IMG/VR virus record: IMGVR_UViG_3300027804_000060
Reading direction: 5' to 3' (one strand)
DNA from: an uncultured virus (IMG/VR IMGVR_UViG_3300027804_000060)
Lineage: Duplodnaviria > Heunggongvirae > Uroviricota > Caudoviricetes
DNA length: 64,000 nt
In this document: piece after piece, positions 55,001 to 64,000 of the stretch
Numbering within the stretch: position 1 is the first letter of the stretch
How the letters are laid out: each line of letters begins with the position of its first letter
Notes under the pieces: model-generated
Told to the model about the DNA's origin: nothing
What the model saw: the letters and a program-made list of their open reading frames with translations, nothing else
The model's database searches: none
Position numbers and translations under genes: made by a program

Positions 55001-56926
55001 ATTTGCATACAATGATGCGGAATCTGAACGACTTTTTAACCAAGTATTTGCTGCTGTTATATTATCATTTAGTGTTTTTGCAGCAGTCAGTGATGCAGCT
55101 TTAGTTCCATCAGTAGTTGATATTGAATCACTAATTTGTTGTTCGGTAATAATTCTGTAGTATGAAGATGATTCAAAACTATCTACATCATTAATATCAA
55201 AATAATTTCCTGTTTCATTCCAACGAATAGATGCATTTGATGCAACACCATTTGCTACACCATTAGCTGTTCTGAAAGTGCTAAATTTTGATGTTTGATT
55301 TGGTGTTCCTTGACTTATTATAAATTCATTTGAATTAAATACTGTTCTTCCATTAAGTGTGAAATTACCAGCAATACTTAAACCACCTTCACCGACTTGT
55401 AGGTTGTGAACTCTCGCTTCAGCACTTTCAGCATCAATTAAATTGGAAATGCGTACATTTGGTGTCCAAACATCAGTATTTGCTCTTATTGTGTTTGCTC
55501 TTACTGTGTCGGTTGCCCAAACATTTACTGTATTAACACGGGAATTTGCTTGTAATATATTGGTAAACGTTGTACCAGTAACCGACATTGTTCTGGTATT
55601 AGCTGAACTATTAGCTTGTAGAACATCTGTAAATGTGGTACCAGTAACCGACATTGTTCTGGTATTAGCTGAACTATTAGCTTGTAACACATCCGTGAAT
55701 GTAGTACCAGTAACTGAAGCAGTTGTTGTATTCGTTGATACGTTAGCTTGCACAACATTGGCATACATTGTCCAAACTACGTATGCATTAGATGTATTGG
55801 ATGATGTATTAGCTTGTAACACATTAGTAAAAGAAGTTCCTGTTACTGATAATGTTGTAGTATTTGCTGATGTATTTGCTTGCAATTCATTCGTGTGTGT
55901 GGTGCCAGATACAAAAGCTGTTGCAGTTGTTGTAAATGTATTTGCTTGCAATACATCTGTAAATGTGGTACCAGTGACAGAAGCTGTTGTTGTATTGGTT
56001 GACACATTAGCTTGCACAACATTTGCATATAGTGTGTGCATAACCGATGCATTAGATGTATTGGTTGATGAGTTGGCTTGCACTACATTTGCATATAGTG
56101 TGTGCATAACCGATGCATTGGAAGTGTTGGATGATGTATTGGCTTGTAATACATGTGTAAATGTGGTACCAGTAACAGAAGCTGTTGCTGTATTTGTAGA
56201 TATGTTTGCCTGTACTACATTTGCCCACAAGGTATGTATAACGGATGCATTGGCTGTATTGGTAGATGTGTTTGCTTGTAACACATTTACCCAAGCTGTG
56301 CCACTTACACCAACAGATGTTGTAGTAACATGTGTATTGGCCTGAATAGTTGCAGTAAGAATACTTGTGTTTGCTTGCACATCATTAGTAAACACTTTGT
56401 TGTTTGCAGAAAGTGTACCTGTCAATACACTGGTATTTGATTGTATTCTGTTGGTATACAGTGTGTTGAAAATTGAAGCATTAGAAGTGTTGACAGAATT
56501 GTTTGACTGCAATGTTTCTGTAAATGTTCCACCTACTACAGAAATGCTTCCACCAAATCGTGAATTGTTTGCAACTCTTAGTGCTGTGTCTGATCCTAAA
56601 ACGTTTAATACATTACCAACATTGGCTGTTCCTGTTGTTGCAAGACTTAGATTTCCATTTGAAAAGTAACCTTGCCCTTCCACATTCAAATTGTTTTGAA
56701 TGATTGCAGAAGAACCAATACCTTGCACTGAAAATGTCTTTTGAACAATAACATTTCCGTTTGATTGTAATGCTGTCTGTGAATTTTCTGAAAGGAATAA
56801 TGTTCCAGAATCTTTGACATAATTTTCTTTGGCAAGAATGTTGTTTTCGGTAACCAGATTGTTGGTCGCAACCATCCAATCACCAAATGTATTGGCATAA
56901 CTTAATGAGGATACTGTATTAGCCAT
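52031..56926 (-). CDS. Long tail fibre protein
   Basis: N-terminal ANTFGDWMVATNNL anchor; 22-aa tandem repeats; heptads; Ig-like module; A.SAG.A repeats; aromatic-rich C-terminal putative receptor-binding domain. Confidence 0.8.
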   Translation of the reverse strand: MANTVSSLSYANTFGDWMVATNNLVTENNILAKENYVKDSGTLFLSENSQTALQSNGNVIVQKTFSVQGIGSSAIIQNNLNVEGQGYFSNGNLSLATTGTANVGNVLNVLGSDTALRVANNSRFGGSISVVGGTFTETLQSNNSVNTSNASIFNTLYTNRIQSNTSVLTGTLSANNKVFTNDVQANTSILTATIQANTHVTTTSVGVSGTAWVNVLQANTSTNTANASVIHTLWANVVQANISTNTATASVTGTTFTHVLQANTSSNTSNASVMHTLYANVVQANSSTNTSNASVMHTLYANVVQANVSTNTTTASVTGTTFTDVLQANTFTTTATAFVSGTTHTNELQANTSANTTTLSVTGTSFTNVLQANTSSNTSNAYVVWTMYANVVQANVSTNTTTASVTGTTFTDVLQANSSANTRTMSVTGTTFTDVLQANSSANTRTMSVTGTTFTNILQANSRVNTVNVWATDTVRANTIRANTDVWTPNVRISNLIDAESAEARVHNLQVGEGGLSIAGNFTLNGRTVFNSNEFIISQGTPNQTSKFSTFRTANGVANGVASNASIRWNETGNYFDINDVDSFESSSYYRIITEQQISDSISTTDGTKAASLTAAKTLNDNITAANTWLKSRSDSASLYANGAFRDANSVSIYANSAFGAANSASSYANSAFASANNVAPQIAPAFAQANAAFGKANAATAEIKGTRGSISPTSASLTLTSNNGIAIHSVTANTLAISTSQDLQTTASPSFTGLTLTGTPLSTSSGGTGSTSASSAFNTLVAAATGTASGTSGYVLATGGSGNFYWTAAGAGGAGTQPGTRITSNRLSYTGDGTTTIYATPTFSQANQVRVYINGVRQLESEYTLNSGTSRVTMTVAPVVNDKILVEVDGYAVYEYFANNIVYGPATGALTAGTIQSAIDGLESGKMPKTGGTFSGQVIGQTINKATANTSFATGQYVHDLANSSWTFSHSITGNAGTVTNGLYSTGSYANPTWLTSLNADKLSGGTISSTILGNSSHFIGTTSIALNRATGFQRLTGVNINGIADSANNLISTAGDLGYTVSGQDVSYVGHLGPQVQSQGNGAAAMSFHRPGVYAINFGLGTDNQLRTGGWSRGGASYVILDSGNYNSYAPTLTGTGASGNWNITSAFATNSTYANNVTMGFNSNWNTDFSHAPAGSTVLRGDTSSGSSTGGPGGSWWFQQNMRHTNASNLWGVQVAWGWEDNANLLRTRNIQAGNYGGWVTYINSTNIGSQSVSYATSAGSATNAGYATSAGNSTTVAGLNVHADRNNEANKIVRTDASGYLKTGYINSSNGDENNASNPPRVWGTNGSDSYLRSYQTGSLSVGYAGSAGNATYAGSAGYAGNAGYASSAGNAGYATTAGSASNVTQGTAYFTYQEMFGMGSVGGVTYTSTYTGPGWVGSGWSTVQYLNIPSAGWWNITEPDMFYRGQRLNSSMWASGTTYLWLVVEVLVDGIWRLIKLTTQNYDTVNYMPADGNVYVAARPFQTYGPYGYFHWSNEDTTLAALGRQKTPYYLAAGNNVRVTMKFGNDYFRPGTHWWETSGLATSRAHYADSVLGWRNDGTIPSATNKHVYRLAPDVANEWRAYANGGPTGYWYAGGHVRFMAYKVGT
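52780..52890. repeat. Degenerate 9-nt tandem repeat (ccagcaNNt) encoding (Y/S/N)AG units
   Basis: Protein YAGSAGNATYAGSAGYAGNAGYASSAGNAGYATTAGSA; boundaries approximate. Confidence 0.7.
55490..56350. repeat. 66-nt (22-aa) tandem repeat array in the long fibre gene
   Basis: Units like VLQANTSTNTTTASVTGTTFTD. A 49-nt exact match at 55572 and 55638 and a 35-nt exact match at 56019 and 56085 are both 66 nt apart. Boundaries approximate. Confidence 0.85.
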
Positions 56927-56927
56927 T

Positions 56928-57146
56928 TTAACCTTTTTCTAATAGTTTTAATAACAAACTTTTTATTTCCGTTATATCTTCCCTGAGCACTTTGACCTCA
57001 GACTTAACATTATTTATTTCTTCTTTTTGAGACTCTAGTGCTCGGCGTTTATTTAAATATTCATCCAAACCATTTTTATCTTGGTTTATAATTGCACCAC
57101 TTCTGGTATCTCTAACAAGTTTTGTACCTTCAACTCTCAAATACAT
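56928..57146 (-). CDS. Small conserved hypothetical protein
   Basis: LRVEG..LVRD..SGAIIN.D...Y...R, C-terminal coil EIKSLLLKLL; typical follower of the VrlC-like gene. Confidence 0.8.
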   Translation of the reverse strand: MYLRVEGTKLVRDTRSGAIINQDKNGLDEYLNKRRALESQKEEINNVKSEVKVLREDITEIKSLLLKLLEKG

Positions 57147-57148
57147 AA

Positions 57149-60100
57149 TTAACCAATCGAACTATTGATATTTGAAGGTAGTGCAATACATCTCATGTCT
57201 GTCAAATGAGGTACAATAGTTGTATCTGTAGTCAACAAAACAATTTTGATTGCAAACTGATTGAATGAGTTATATGTTTGGCCATTTGTTGATGTATAAG
57301 AAACATAACCTTGTTCTGTACCTAAACTTCCTGGTGCAAAAGTATATTCATGCAAATCACCTCTGAATTTAGAATACAATGTGTTAGAATTCTTTGTTTT
57401 GGTCATTAGGATCCAAGAACCATCAGCAAACGATTGTGTATCATTTCTATTCAAAATCTTGTAGTACACTTGTATATCTGTTTTTGCGGGACGATATGCA
57501 GACAAATAGACATTCAAATCTCCAGAATCAAAACCTGCTTCTAACACAACCTTCTTGGTTATATATCTTGTTGCTGCAGGACCACCATTCTTGGAAGTTT
57601 CACCTGTAATGATTGCAGATGCACCTGCCGCAGAACCACCAGAAACATCAATTGAAACAGTTGGTGTTTCTATGTATCCTGAACCTGGTGTTGTTAGATA
57701 GATTGAAGTAATTTTACCAGCTTCAATCACAGGTGATGCATAAGCTTGTACTGCATTTGCACCTGTTGGTGCAGAAATAGAAACTGTTGTATTGCCTGTT
57801 GCATAACTGCTTCCTTGAGAAACAATAGATATCAAACTATTTGACAATTCACAATTGTTTATGTTGTATTGAACTGTAAATACAGTAGTACCAGCATCAG
57901 AAATGACTGGAGAAACTGCATTATCTTGTGATGATAACTGGCCGTACAATGAGAAAGATGTTTCCGAATTGGCAACCAAAACTCTTTGTCGTTGATTATC
58001 ATCCAAATAAATGTGTTCATACATTGTTGTACCAAATTTACCTGGATTTATTGCAACTTGGCCAGCAGATGTACCACCTTGCAGTGTTGCATCATAGGTA
58101 TAGTTGATTGAGGTTGATGATGGAACAAAATCGGTTGTTGATATATTAAAAGCATCCACTAATATATTAGAATTTGATGTTGTTGATATCAAATCTGTCA
58201 TTGTGTTTGCATTTTTATAGAAATCAATTTCAGAATCAACCAAAGTTCTTTGTGGTAACTTTTTAGGTATAACCATTCTAATTGATGGTGTAACAGCAGT
58301 GTTAAACACACAACGATCAATTGTAAACATCACAGATTGATTTTGGTCAGCTTCCCATGTCTGAGAATTTTGTGATATAAACATACCACCAACATAGTGT
58401 GCAGCTGATATTTTTGTAATTGAACTTGGATATGGATCAGTTGATAGATTTTTTACTGTTGATGGTAATGCATCTTCATTGTTTGATGCTGTCCACAATG
58501 TGTACTCATTAGACAAAGATTTAACAATAAATGCATATAATACACCAGATTGAATATACACTGGAGAAGTAAAGGTAAATTCAGTGTATGTAGTTGAATC
58601 TAAATGCTGCGGAGTTGAAGAAACTTTAACTTTAGTTGGATCCAAAGTAACCACTGAATGGTCCAATGTTACTCCATTCGGATAACCATTTAATGTACCA
58701 ACAATTGAAAGTGTTATTGGTGAACCATCATTTGTTGATGTTGGTTTTGATGCAAAGAACACTCTGATTGATGACAAGAATGCACCGTTTGGAAAGTTTG
58801 TTGGATCAATCTGGAAAGTTTGAGCAACCGGATCTCCTGTTGCTGGTGGTGGAACAGGTAAATCTGTTACAATCCTTCTTGATTGAACTTCTGATGTGTT
58901 GGTTGTATAAGAAGAATCTTTATACAATGTTTGTTTGAAAGTATCTTTTGCCCCAGATGGTGATGCACCAAAATCAATAGTTTGTCTATTGATTTGCAAA
59001 CCTTCCGCATAGAAAGTACCTTCAGCATATGTTGTTACTGTGCCAACATTGTTATTGATACGATTGTCTAAACGGAAGACTTTTTGGCCGGTGTGGAAAG
59101 TATTTGCTGGTACAGTGAACACACCAAAGAAATCACCACGTTCATTGGATTCAATCGAACCTGTAGCTGAACCAATAGAATATGTTTCTTTATCTGGTAA
59201 TCCAACAACTGAAGCTACTACTATAGGTGTTGCAAGTGTTGCAACTTTTGTTGATCCAACATAATCTGAAATCACAGCTGACTGGCCAGCACCTGTACCA
59301 GATGTTATATAAATCGTTAAACCATTGTAAAAATCATTTACACTTGATGCTAGTGGTGATAATTGTATTGATGTAGTAGATGTTGAATCTTTTAATGTAC
59401 CACTGTAGTGTTCACTAGAGTTGCTAAATTGTGTTGCAACAACACTACCAGAAGCAGTAGAAGATTGATAAACACCTGATGCATTGAAGAATCCATTTTG
59501 TAAAGCTAAACCATTATTGTATGTGGTTGTCTTAAAGTCATTTGAAACATATAAACGAATCTTGGTTGTATCTGTGTAGTTGTACACACCTTCAACTTTA
59601 CCTGTAGGTGTGAATGTACCAGCTGAATAGTAACCAATAATGTCGCCAGCTTTAAATGTGCCAGTCACGGATGCAACTTCAATTGTATTCAATCTACGAA
59701 CATAAGAATCAACACTTACATTATCAAAGAAAGCATATAACTTGGTTTTAATTAACAGGTTAGAAGCTTTAATCATAATCTGCTGTGGTTTGATCCACGG
59801 CAAAATACTAATATCATTTATGTAACCATTATTCAATGAATAGGTGTTATCTATTTTGTTGTATGGTCCAAGTAAATTAGTTTGTTGTTCTTTAAACTTT
59901 GTCAGGTAAGTTGAAGAAAGTGTGGAATTTTGTATTGATGTTTGTTGTAAACCGGTTGATCCACCTGTCCAACCAACACTATTAGATACTGTTGCCCAGG
60001 GGCTAGATGTTTGTGACTGTAAACTTGTTGCTGATGTTCCGGGAACTGTTTGCCAATCACCAAAAGATAATGTGTTGTTTACATTACCTCTTTGATATAT

Positions 60101-63100
60101 TTGCAAACTAGGATCAACAACCAACAAAGCGGGTGAATATGTTGTATCAACCCAATTGTCCATGTTTGGAGACAACGACAAGCTACCTTTTGAAAAAGGT
60201 GTATTGAATGGGTTCACATTGGTTGTTCTGCTTGCCAATTTTTGTGATACTATAATGCTTGTGGTATATGGCAATGTGAAATAATTCACTGAACCATCTC
60301 GACTAACATTAAAATTCAACGCAGAAATTGATGATGATGTTGGTGAATTCATGTTATACACCATGGCCAAATTCTTCAATGGGAAATTTTTAACATCTTG
60401 GCCAGCCGTTAACTGTCTGGTTCTTCTATTAATGTTTGCATTGAAATCAGTAACACCAGAGTCTGAAGCAGAAAAACTTGAGAAATCATCTACCATAATA
60501 CCATTTTTGAATCTATTTAATCCGTATGCATCAGAGATTTGCAATGAGTTTGCATTTTGTTCCAATGAATTCAAAGAAGTATAGTATTCAACACGGTTAA
60601 TTCTTGTGTCAAGGCCAGCAATGTCAGCCATTGTGTAACGGCGGTGTTGCACTTTTTCTATAGACAAATCTGGTAATTTACCAACAGGTGACTCGGTTGT
60701 TACATATCCGGTATATGGATTGTGTGTAATGTTGGCTATTGTTAATGAGGAATCTGGCTCATTAGGTAGAATAGGGTTGATTGAAGGAGAACCCTCAACT
60801 ATTTGTAGACTTCTATCTTTGGTTAAAACTAATTTATCTTTACGACCAAGATAATGTTCATAGTCACAAATAAAACTTGTTGAATCTACAGGCAATAAAA
60901 TTCCAACTCTTGTGTCTGATGGATTAGAGTAACGGAAAACAAAATCTGTTTGAGCATTTTGACGGGATGGTCTAAAATCCAAACAATCTCTCAACGAATA
61001 TGTTGTTCCATTTTTACTTGTGTAATCTGGAATTTCTCTATAATTTTCTGGTGAATCTGAACTGGTGTAAGATGTTTGACTGAAATAACCATCACCACCA
61101 GAATGCTTGTAGTAATCAAGGTACACAAGTAAATTGCCTGCTGGTTTAGGTGCACCAGGTTTTAATGTAATTGATGCATGGTCATAATAACCATCTCTTT
61201 GGCCATTATCGAAAACATAATTATTTGTAACATCATATGTTGAATTATTATACATTGTTGTTAATGGCAATGTACCTGAAGCTTTTGTATCAATGATTTT
61301 CACAATTCGTTTCACATCAGATAGATACAATGATTGTTTTGTTCCAGGAGCAACAACACCTGCGGCTTGTATGTAAACTTGGCCACTAGAACTTACACCA
61401 TCGTCAACAAATGTGTAGGTGTTAACTTGTGTTCCATTGGTTACAACTGTTGCATTGGCCGCAGTAACTAAATTTTTAATTTTTAAGACAAAACCAGAAT
61501 CGGTTGCAACAGGCACATCAACTTTAAATATGATTGTTGCTGTAAATGCGGTCAAATCTGCTGTTGTGGTTGTCAATGTTGCAACAGATAAATCACCATT
61601 CATTGAAATGGCTCTAGGAGATACTGACCAATTAACAATATCACCAGCTGCAAACTTTGAATTTGATTGGGCATTCGTCACAATAATTGTGAAGTTTTCT
61701 CTGACCAAATCTGTGCTCAAAGCCTGGCCTGCTGTACCTATATGTGAAATTTTATCATTGTAACTTGAAAGGTCCACAGTTGCAGACAGTGTACTACCAG
61801 CAACACCAAAAGGTACACCTCTAATTTCAATAAAAGATGTGTAGATTGCATCGGTAATATCAGAGACAAATGGTAAACCTATTGGAAACAATAGTTCTGG
61901 TTTATTTGGATTTTCAAAAATTGCATCACCAGAAGCTATACCATTTTGTTTTCCAGTATCATCTATTTTTGCACTACCATATACAGTATAGTTACTGTTG
62001 TTAACTTGCAACATAGATTCCGCATCAGCGGTATTAAAATTCATCACAAAAGTGGATGTATTGTCTGGTGTTACACTCCAAGACCTATTCACAGTTGCAG
62101 TTCTTGTTGAACCTACGTATGCAGTAATTGTTCTTGTTTCACCTGCATTTGTTCCTGATGTAATTGAAATGTCAACACCAACATAAGCATCATTAAATGA
62201 AGATGTTTGGCCATTTGTTCCTGGTAGAACTACTGTGGTTGAACTTGCTGAAACAAGTGTGCCTGTTAAAGCCTGGTTCTGCAAGTCATATACCATTGCC
62301 TTGAAAATATGTGTATTTGCATTGGCTGTTGGCGCACTCTGATAATCTAAACCACGAATGTAACCTCTGGCCACCAATGTGGAATTGTAAGTTGTTGTAT
62401 TGGCTGTATGTACATTATCAGTTGAAACACAATGAAAGTCTATTGTGTTTGCTGTTGTTACTTCAAATGTTTTTGAGTTGGCGCCATGCACATTTGATAC
62501 AATAAAATAACTACCATAGTTAATAACTGTTGTGTCATTATTTTTTAAAGATGTTGCCCTTGCACGGTTGGAAGATATATTAACAGGTGAAGGATTCTCT
62601 ACACGATAACCATGCACATATGCAAGGCCTTTACCCACACCCATTATGTACTTGTCCTCATCATCCGGATCAACTTTTGGTGTTATACTGAAATCGTTTA
62701 CAATGTAATCACCATTGGTTTCGTAGTCACGCTTTGCAAAGTAATCATCAATGGCCGCATAAACTGATCCATCAACCATTTTGAAAACATTACCATCTTC
62801 AACACGAAGTAACTCAATGAAAAATTGGTCATCACCAAAGTACAATGGTTTTGTTGTTAGTTCAAGACTAATAACATATCTGTCTGCACCAGGTGCTTGG
62901 TAGTTTGATGCACCGACCGCAGGATCCAACAATGACGCATCGTTTGCATAGTCATAGATTGTTTCGGTAATTTCCAAACCAACCCGTCTGGATGGTGTGT
63001 TGTCATACTTACTTAAAATGATTGTTACTGGTTCAATTTGTACAAAGTTACCGAGAACATAGAAAACACCTTTGGCAATCGAAACAACAGAAGACTCACC

Positions 63101-63574
63101 GGTTGAATTGTTTGTTACTGCTTGGCAAGCTTTATTTGAATTCACATCATAGATAATATCGTTGTCAGTGAATCGTGTACCTGATTTGTATACGACAACC
63201 AATGTTGGTGGATCACCTTCACCTGCGGTACCTGTTGATTGTGCTACAGCAACAACTTTAGCTCTAATTGTTCCTGTTGCATTAGTTAACAATAAACCAC
63301 TGAAATCGGAAATATCAATTGTTGCACCATTATATGTGGTTTGTAATTTGATGTAGTAACAATTGAAATTCGTGGTAATTTGGCCACCAGTTACGGGAGA
63401 ATTTTCTTTGAATATGTTATTGGCAAACTTAGTAATCTGATCCTGTAGGATTGTTTGTGCCTGTGTTAATTCTCTGGCCTGTACTGCCTTACCTGGTTTG
63501 AATAAGATTCGATGAAAGTTTTTTGTATCATCGAAATCATCATAGTAAGGATCAACGTTAAAATTTAGAGCCAT
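57149..63574 (-). CDS. Giant virion structural protein (DUF4815 / VrlC-like)
   Basis: NFNVDPYYDDFD..KNFHRILFKPG.AVQARELTQAQTILQ.Q, APGADRY, RRYTM.DI..L..RI..VEYYTSL..LE, RFKNG.MVD.F, DPVAQTF, ends DMRCIAL. Confidence 0.85.
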   Translation of the reverse strand: MALNFNVDPYYDDFDDTKNFHRILFKPGKAVQARELTQAQTILQDQITKFANNIFKENSPVTGGQITTNFNCYYIKLQTTYNGATIDISDFSGLLLTNATGTIRAKVVAVAQSTGTAGEGDPPTLVVVYKSGTRFTDNDIIYDVNSNKACQAVTNNSTGESSVVSIAKGVFYVLGNFVQIEPVTIILSKYDNTPSRRVGLEITETIYDYANDASLLDPAVGASNYQAPGADRYVISLELTTKPLYFGDDQFFIELLRVEDGNVFKMVDGSVYAAIDDYFAKRDYETNGDYIVNDFSITPKVDPDDEDKYIMGVGKGLAYVHGYRVENPSPVNISSNRARATSLKNNDTTVINYGSYFIVSNVHGANSKTFEVTTANTIDFHCVSTDNVHTANTTTYNSTLVARGYIRGLDYQSAPTANANTHIFKAMVYDLQNQALTGTLVSASSTTVVLPGTNGQTSSFNDAYVGVDISITSGTNAGETRTITAYVGSTRTATVNRSWSVTPDNTSTFVMNFNTADAESMLQVNNSNYTVYGSAKIDDTGKQNGIASGDAIFENPNKPELLFPIGLPFVSDITDAIYTSFIEIRGVPFGVAGSTLSATVDLSSYNDKISHIGTAGQALSTDLVRENFTIIVTNAQSNSKFAAGDIVNWSVSPRAISMNGDLSVATLTTTTADLTAFTATIIFKVDVPVATDSGFVLKIKNLVTAANATVVTNGTQVNTYTFVDDGVSSSGQVYIQAAGVVAPGTKQSLYLSDVKRIVKIIDTKASGTLPLTTMYNNSTYDVTNNYVFDNGQRDGYYDHASITLKPGAPKPAGNLLVYLDYYKHSGGDGYFSQTSYTSSDSPENYREIPDYTSKNGTTYSLRDCLDFRPSRQNAQTDFVFRYSNPSDTRVGILLPVDSTSFICDYEHYLGRKDKLVLTKDRSLQIVEGSPSINPILPNEPDSSLTIANITHNPYTGYVTTESPVGKLPDLSIEKVQHRRYTMADIAGLDTRINRVEYYTSLNSLEQNANSLQISDAYGLNRFKNGIMVDDFSSFSASDSGVTDFNANINRRTRQLTAGQDVKNFPLKNLAMVYNMNSPTSSSISALNFNVSRDGSVNYFTLPYTTSIIVSQKLASRTTNVNPFNTPFSKGSLSLSPNMDNWVDTTYSPALLVVDPSLQIYQRGNVNNTLSFGDWQTVPGTSATSLQSQTSSPWATVSNSVGWTGGSTGLQQTSIQNSTLSSTYLTKFKEQQTNLLGPYNKIDNTYSLNNGYINDISILPWIKPQQIMIKASNLLIKTKLYAFFDNVSVDSYVRRLNTIEVASVTGTFKAGDIIGYYSAGTFTPTGKVEGVYNYTDTTKIRLYVSNDFKTTTYNNGLALQNGFFNASGVYQSSTASGSVVATQFSNSSEHYSGTLKDSTSTTSIQLSPLASSVNDFYNGLTIYITSGTGAGQSAVISDYVGSTKVATLATPIVVASVVGLPDKETYSIGSATGSIESNERGDFFGVFTVPANTFHTGQKVFRLDNRINNNVGTVTTYAEGTFYAEGLQINRQTIDFGASPSGAKDTFKQTLYKDSSYTTNTSEVQSRRIVTDLPVPPPATGDPVAQTFQIDPTNFPNGAFLSSIRVFFASKPTSTNDGSPITLSIVGTLNGYPNGVTLDHSVVTLDPTKVKVSSTPQHLDSTTYTEFTFTSPVYIQSGVLYAFIVKSLSNEYTLWTASNNEDALPSTVKNLSTDPYPSSITKISAAHYVGGMFISQNSQTWEADQNQSVMFTIDRCVFNTAVTPSIRMVIPKKLPQRTLVDSEIDFYKNANTMTDLISTTSNSNILVDAFNISTTDFVPSSTSINYTYDATLQGGTSAGQVAINPGKFGTTMYEHIYLDDNQRQRVLVANSETSFSLYGQLSSQDNAVSPVISDAGTTVFTVQYNINNCELSNSLISIVSQGSSYATGNTTVSISAPTGANAVQAYASPVIEAGKITSIYLTTPGSGYIETPTVSIDVSGGSAAGASAIITGETSKNGGPAATRYITKKVVLEAGFDSGDLNVYLSAYRPAKTDIQVYYKILNRNDTQSFADGSWILMTKTKNSNTLYSKFRGDLHEYTFAPGSLGTEQGYVSYTSTNGQTYNSFNQFAIKIVLLTTDTTIVPHLTDMRCIALPSNINSSIG

Positions 63575-63583
63575 TTTTTTCCC

Positions 63584-64000
63584 TTAGAAACCTAATACAA
63601 ATTTGAGTTGTTCTATTCCGTCATCACTTCTTTGAACACTTGATCTATTTTCAATATATGCCAAATATCCAGAATGTATTGCAAAATTTGGAAGACTATA
63701 CGACAATACAGTTCTTGTTGATGTGGTTGTTTGACCAAAAATAGGACTATTAATTACTGGAACACCTTTTGTATTTATTAGCTTTATTAGATTGGTAGAA
63801 AGATTGAAGTATAAAACTGTTGCAGTAAATGTTGGATTGTTAATTGGACCCTGATAAACAATCTCATCCATTTGGAATCCAATGTCTGAACCTGCCGCCA
63901 CAACGATATCTGTTGTTGTACTATATGCAACACCATTTGCATATACAGGGTTATACTGTTTGGTTGTTGGATTAATTATGATGCCTAGTTGGTGGAAATC
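63584..64000 (-). CDS. gp8: Baseplate wedge subunit gp8, 3' part (starts beyond the window end)
   Basis: Frame open to 64000 (DFHQLGIIINP...); C-terminal SG...YIENR..V.RS.D..E..K.VL.F is characteristic of gp8. Confidence 0.8.
   Translation of the reverse strand, partial: DFHQLGIIINPTTKQYNPVYANGVAYSTTTDIVVAAGSDIGFQMDEIVYQGPINNPTFTATVLYFNLSTNLIKLINTKGVPVINSPIFGQTTTSTRTVLSYSLPNFAIHSGYLAYIENRSSVQRSDDGIEQLKFVLGF

Noticed and set aside
55443..56345. 300-aa plus-strand ORF
   Set aside because: Antisense shadow of the 22-aa Thr/Asn/Ala repeat region of the long fibre gene; no RBS or independent features.
1..64000. Alternative genetic code, inteins, tRNAs
   Set aside because: Core genes are full-length in the standard code with normal sizes, and intergenic gaps are short with no cloverleaf recognised by eye.

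Overview
A 64-kb segment of a large T4-like (Tevenvirinae/cyanophage-type gene order) myovirus genome. Essentially every real gene is on the minus strand and reads intact in the standard code. In transcription order (high to low coordinates): end of baseplate wedge gp8; a giant DUF4815/VrlC-like virion protein; a ~32-kb cluster of about 23 fibre, adhesin and adaptor genes (25.3-56.9 kb); neck and tail genes gp13-gp15; an inserted beta-propeller virion gene; terminase gp16/gp17; sheath gp18; tube gp19; portal gp20; prohead genes gp21/gp22; major capsid gp23; gp3; uvsY/uvsW; late sigma gp55; gp47/gp46 interleaved with accessory genes (cytidylyltransferase, SAM methyltransferase, peptide deformylase, DUF4338/DruA-like); a free-standing GIY-YIG homing endonuclease; and a truncated winged-HTH gene. 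Regulatory sites read directly from the sequence include T4-type late promoters (TATAAATA-like), two perfect sigma70 promoters, one antisense sigma70-like promoter at gp55 and two intrinsic terminators. The most interesting signal is in the fibre cluster: short terminal peptides (DGGxF; hydrophobic tails such as KAIAMSIVFG, PFLLMGA and IVAFTIAFS; N-terminal M-x(1-2)-[TL]-[KQ]-[IV]-x-P-x-x-[LI]-[DE]) recur in fixed gene-order pairing with particular domains or small adaptor genes. This suggests a collinearly encoded plug-and-socket branched adhesin tree carrying two LamG arrays and three glycine-rich (gp38-like) tips. That model is inference and is untested. All family assignments come from motif recognition; no database searches were run. 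No tRNA, rRNA, CRISPR array, intron or reverse transcriptase was seen, and the host cannot be determined from this window.
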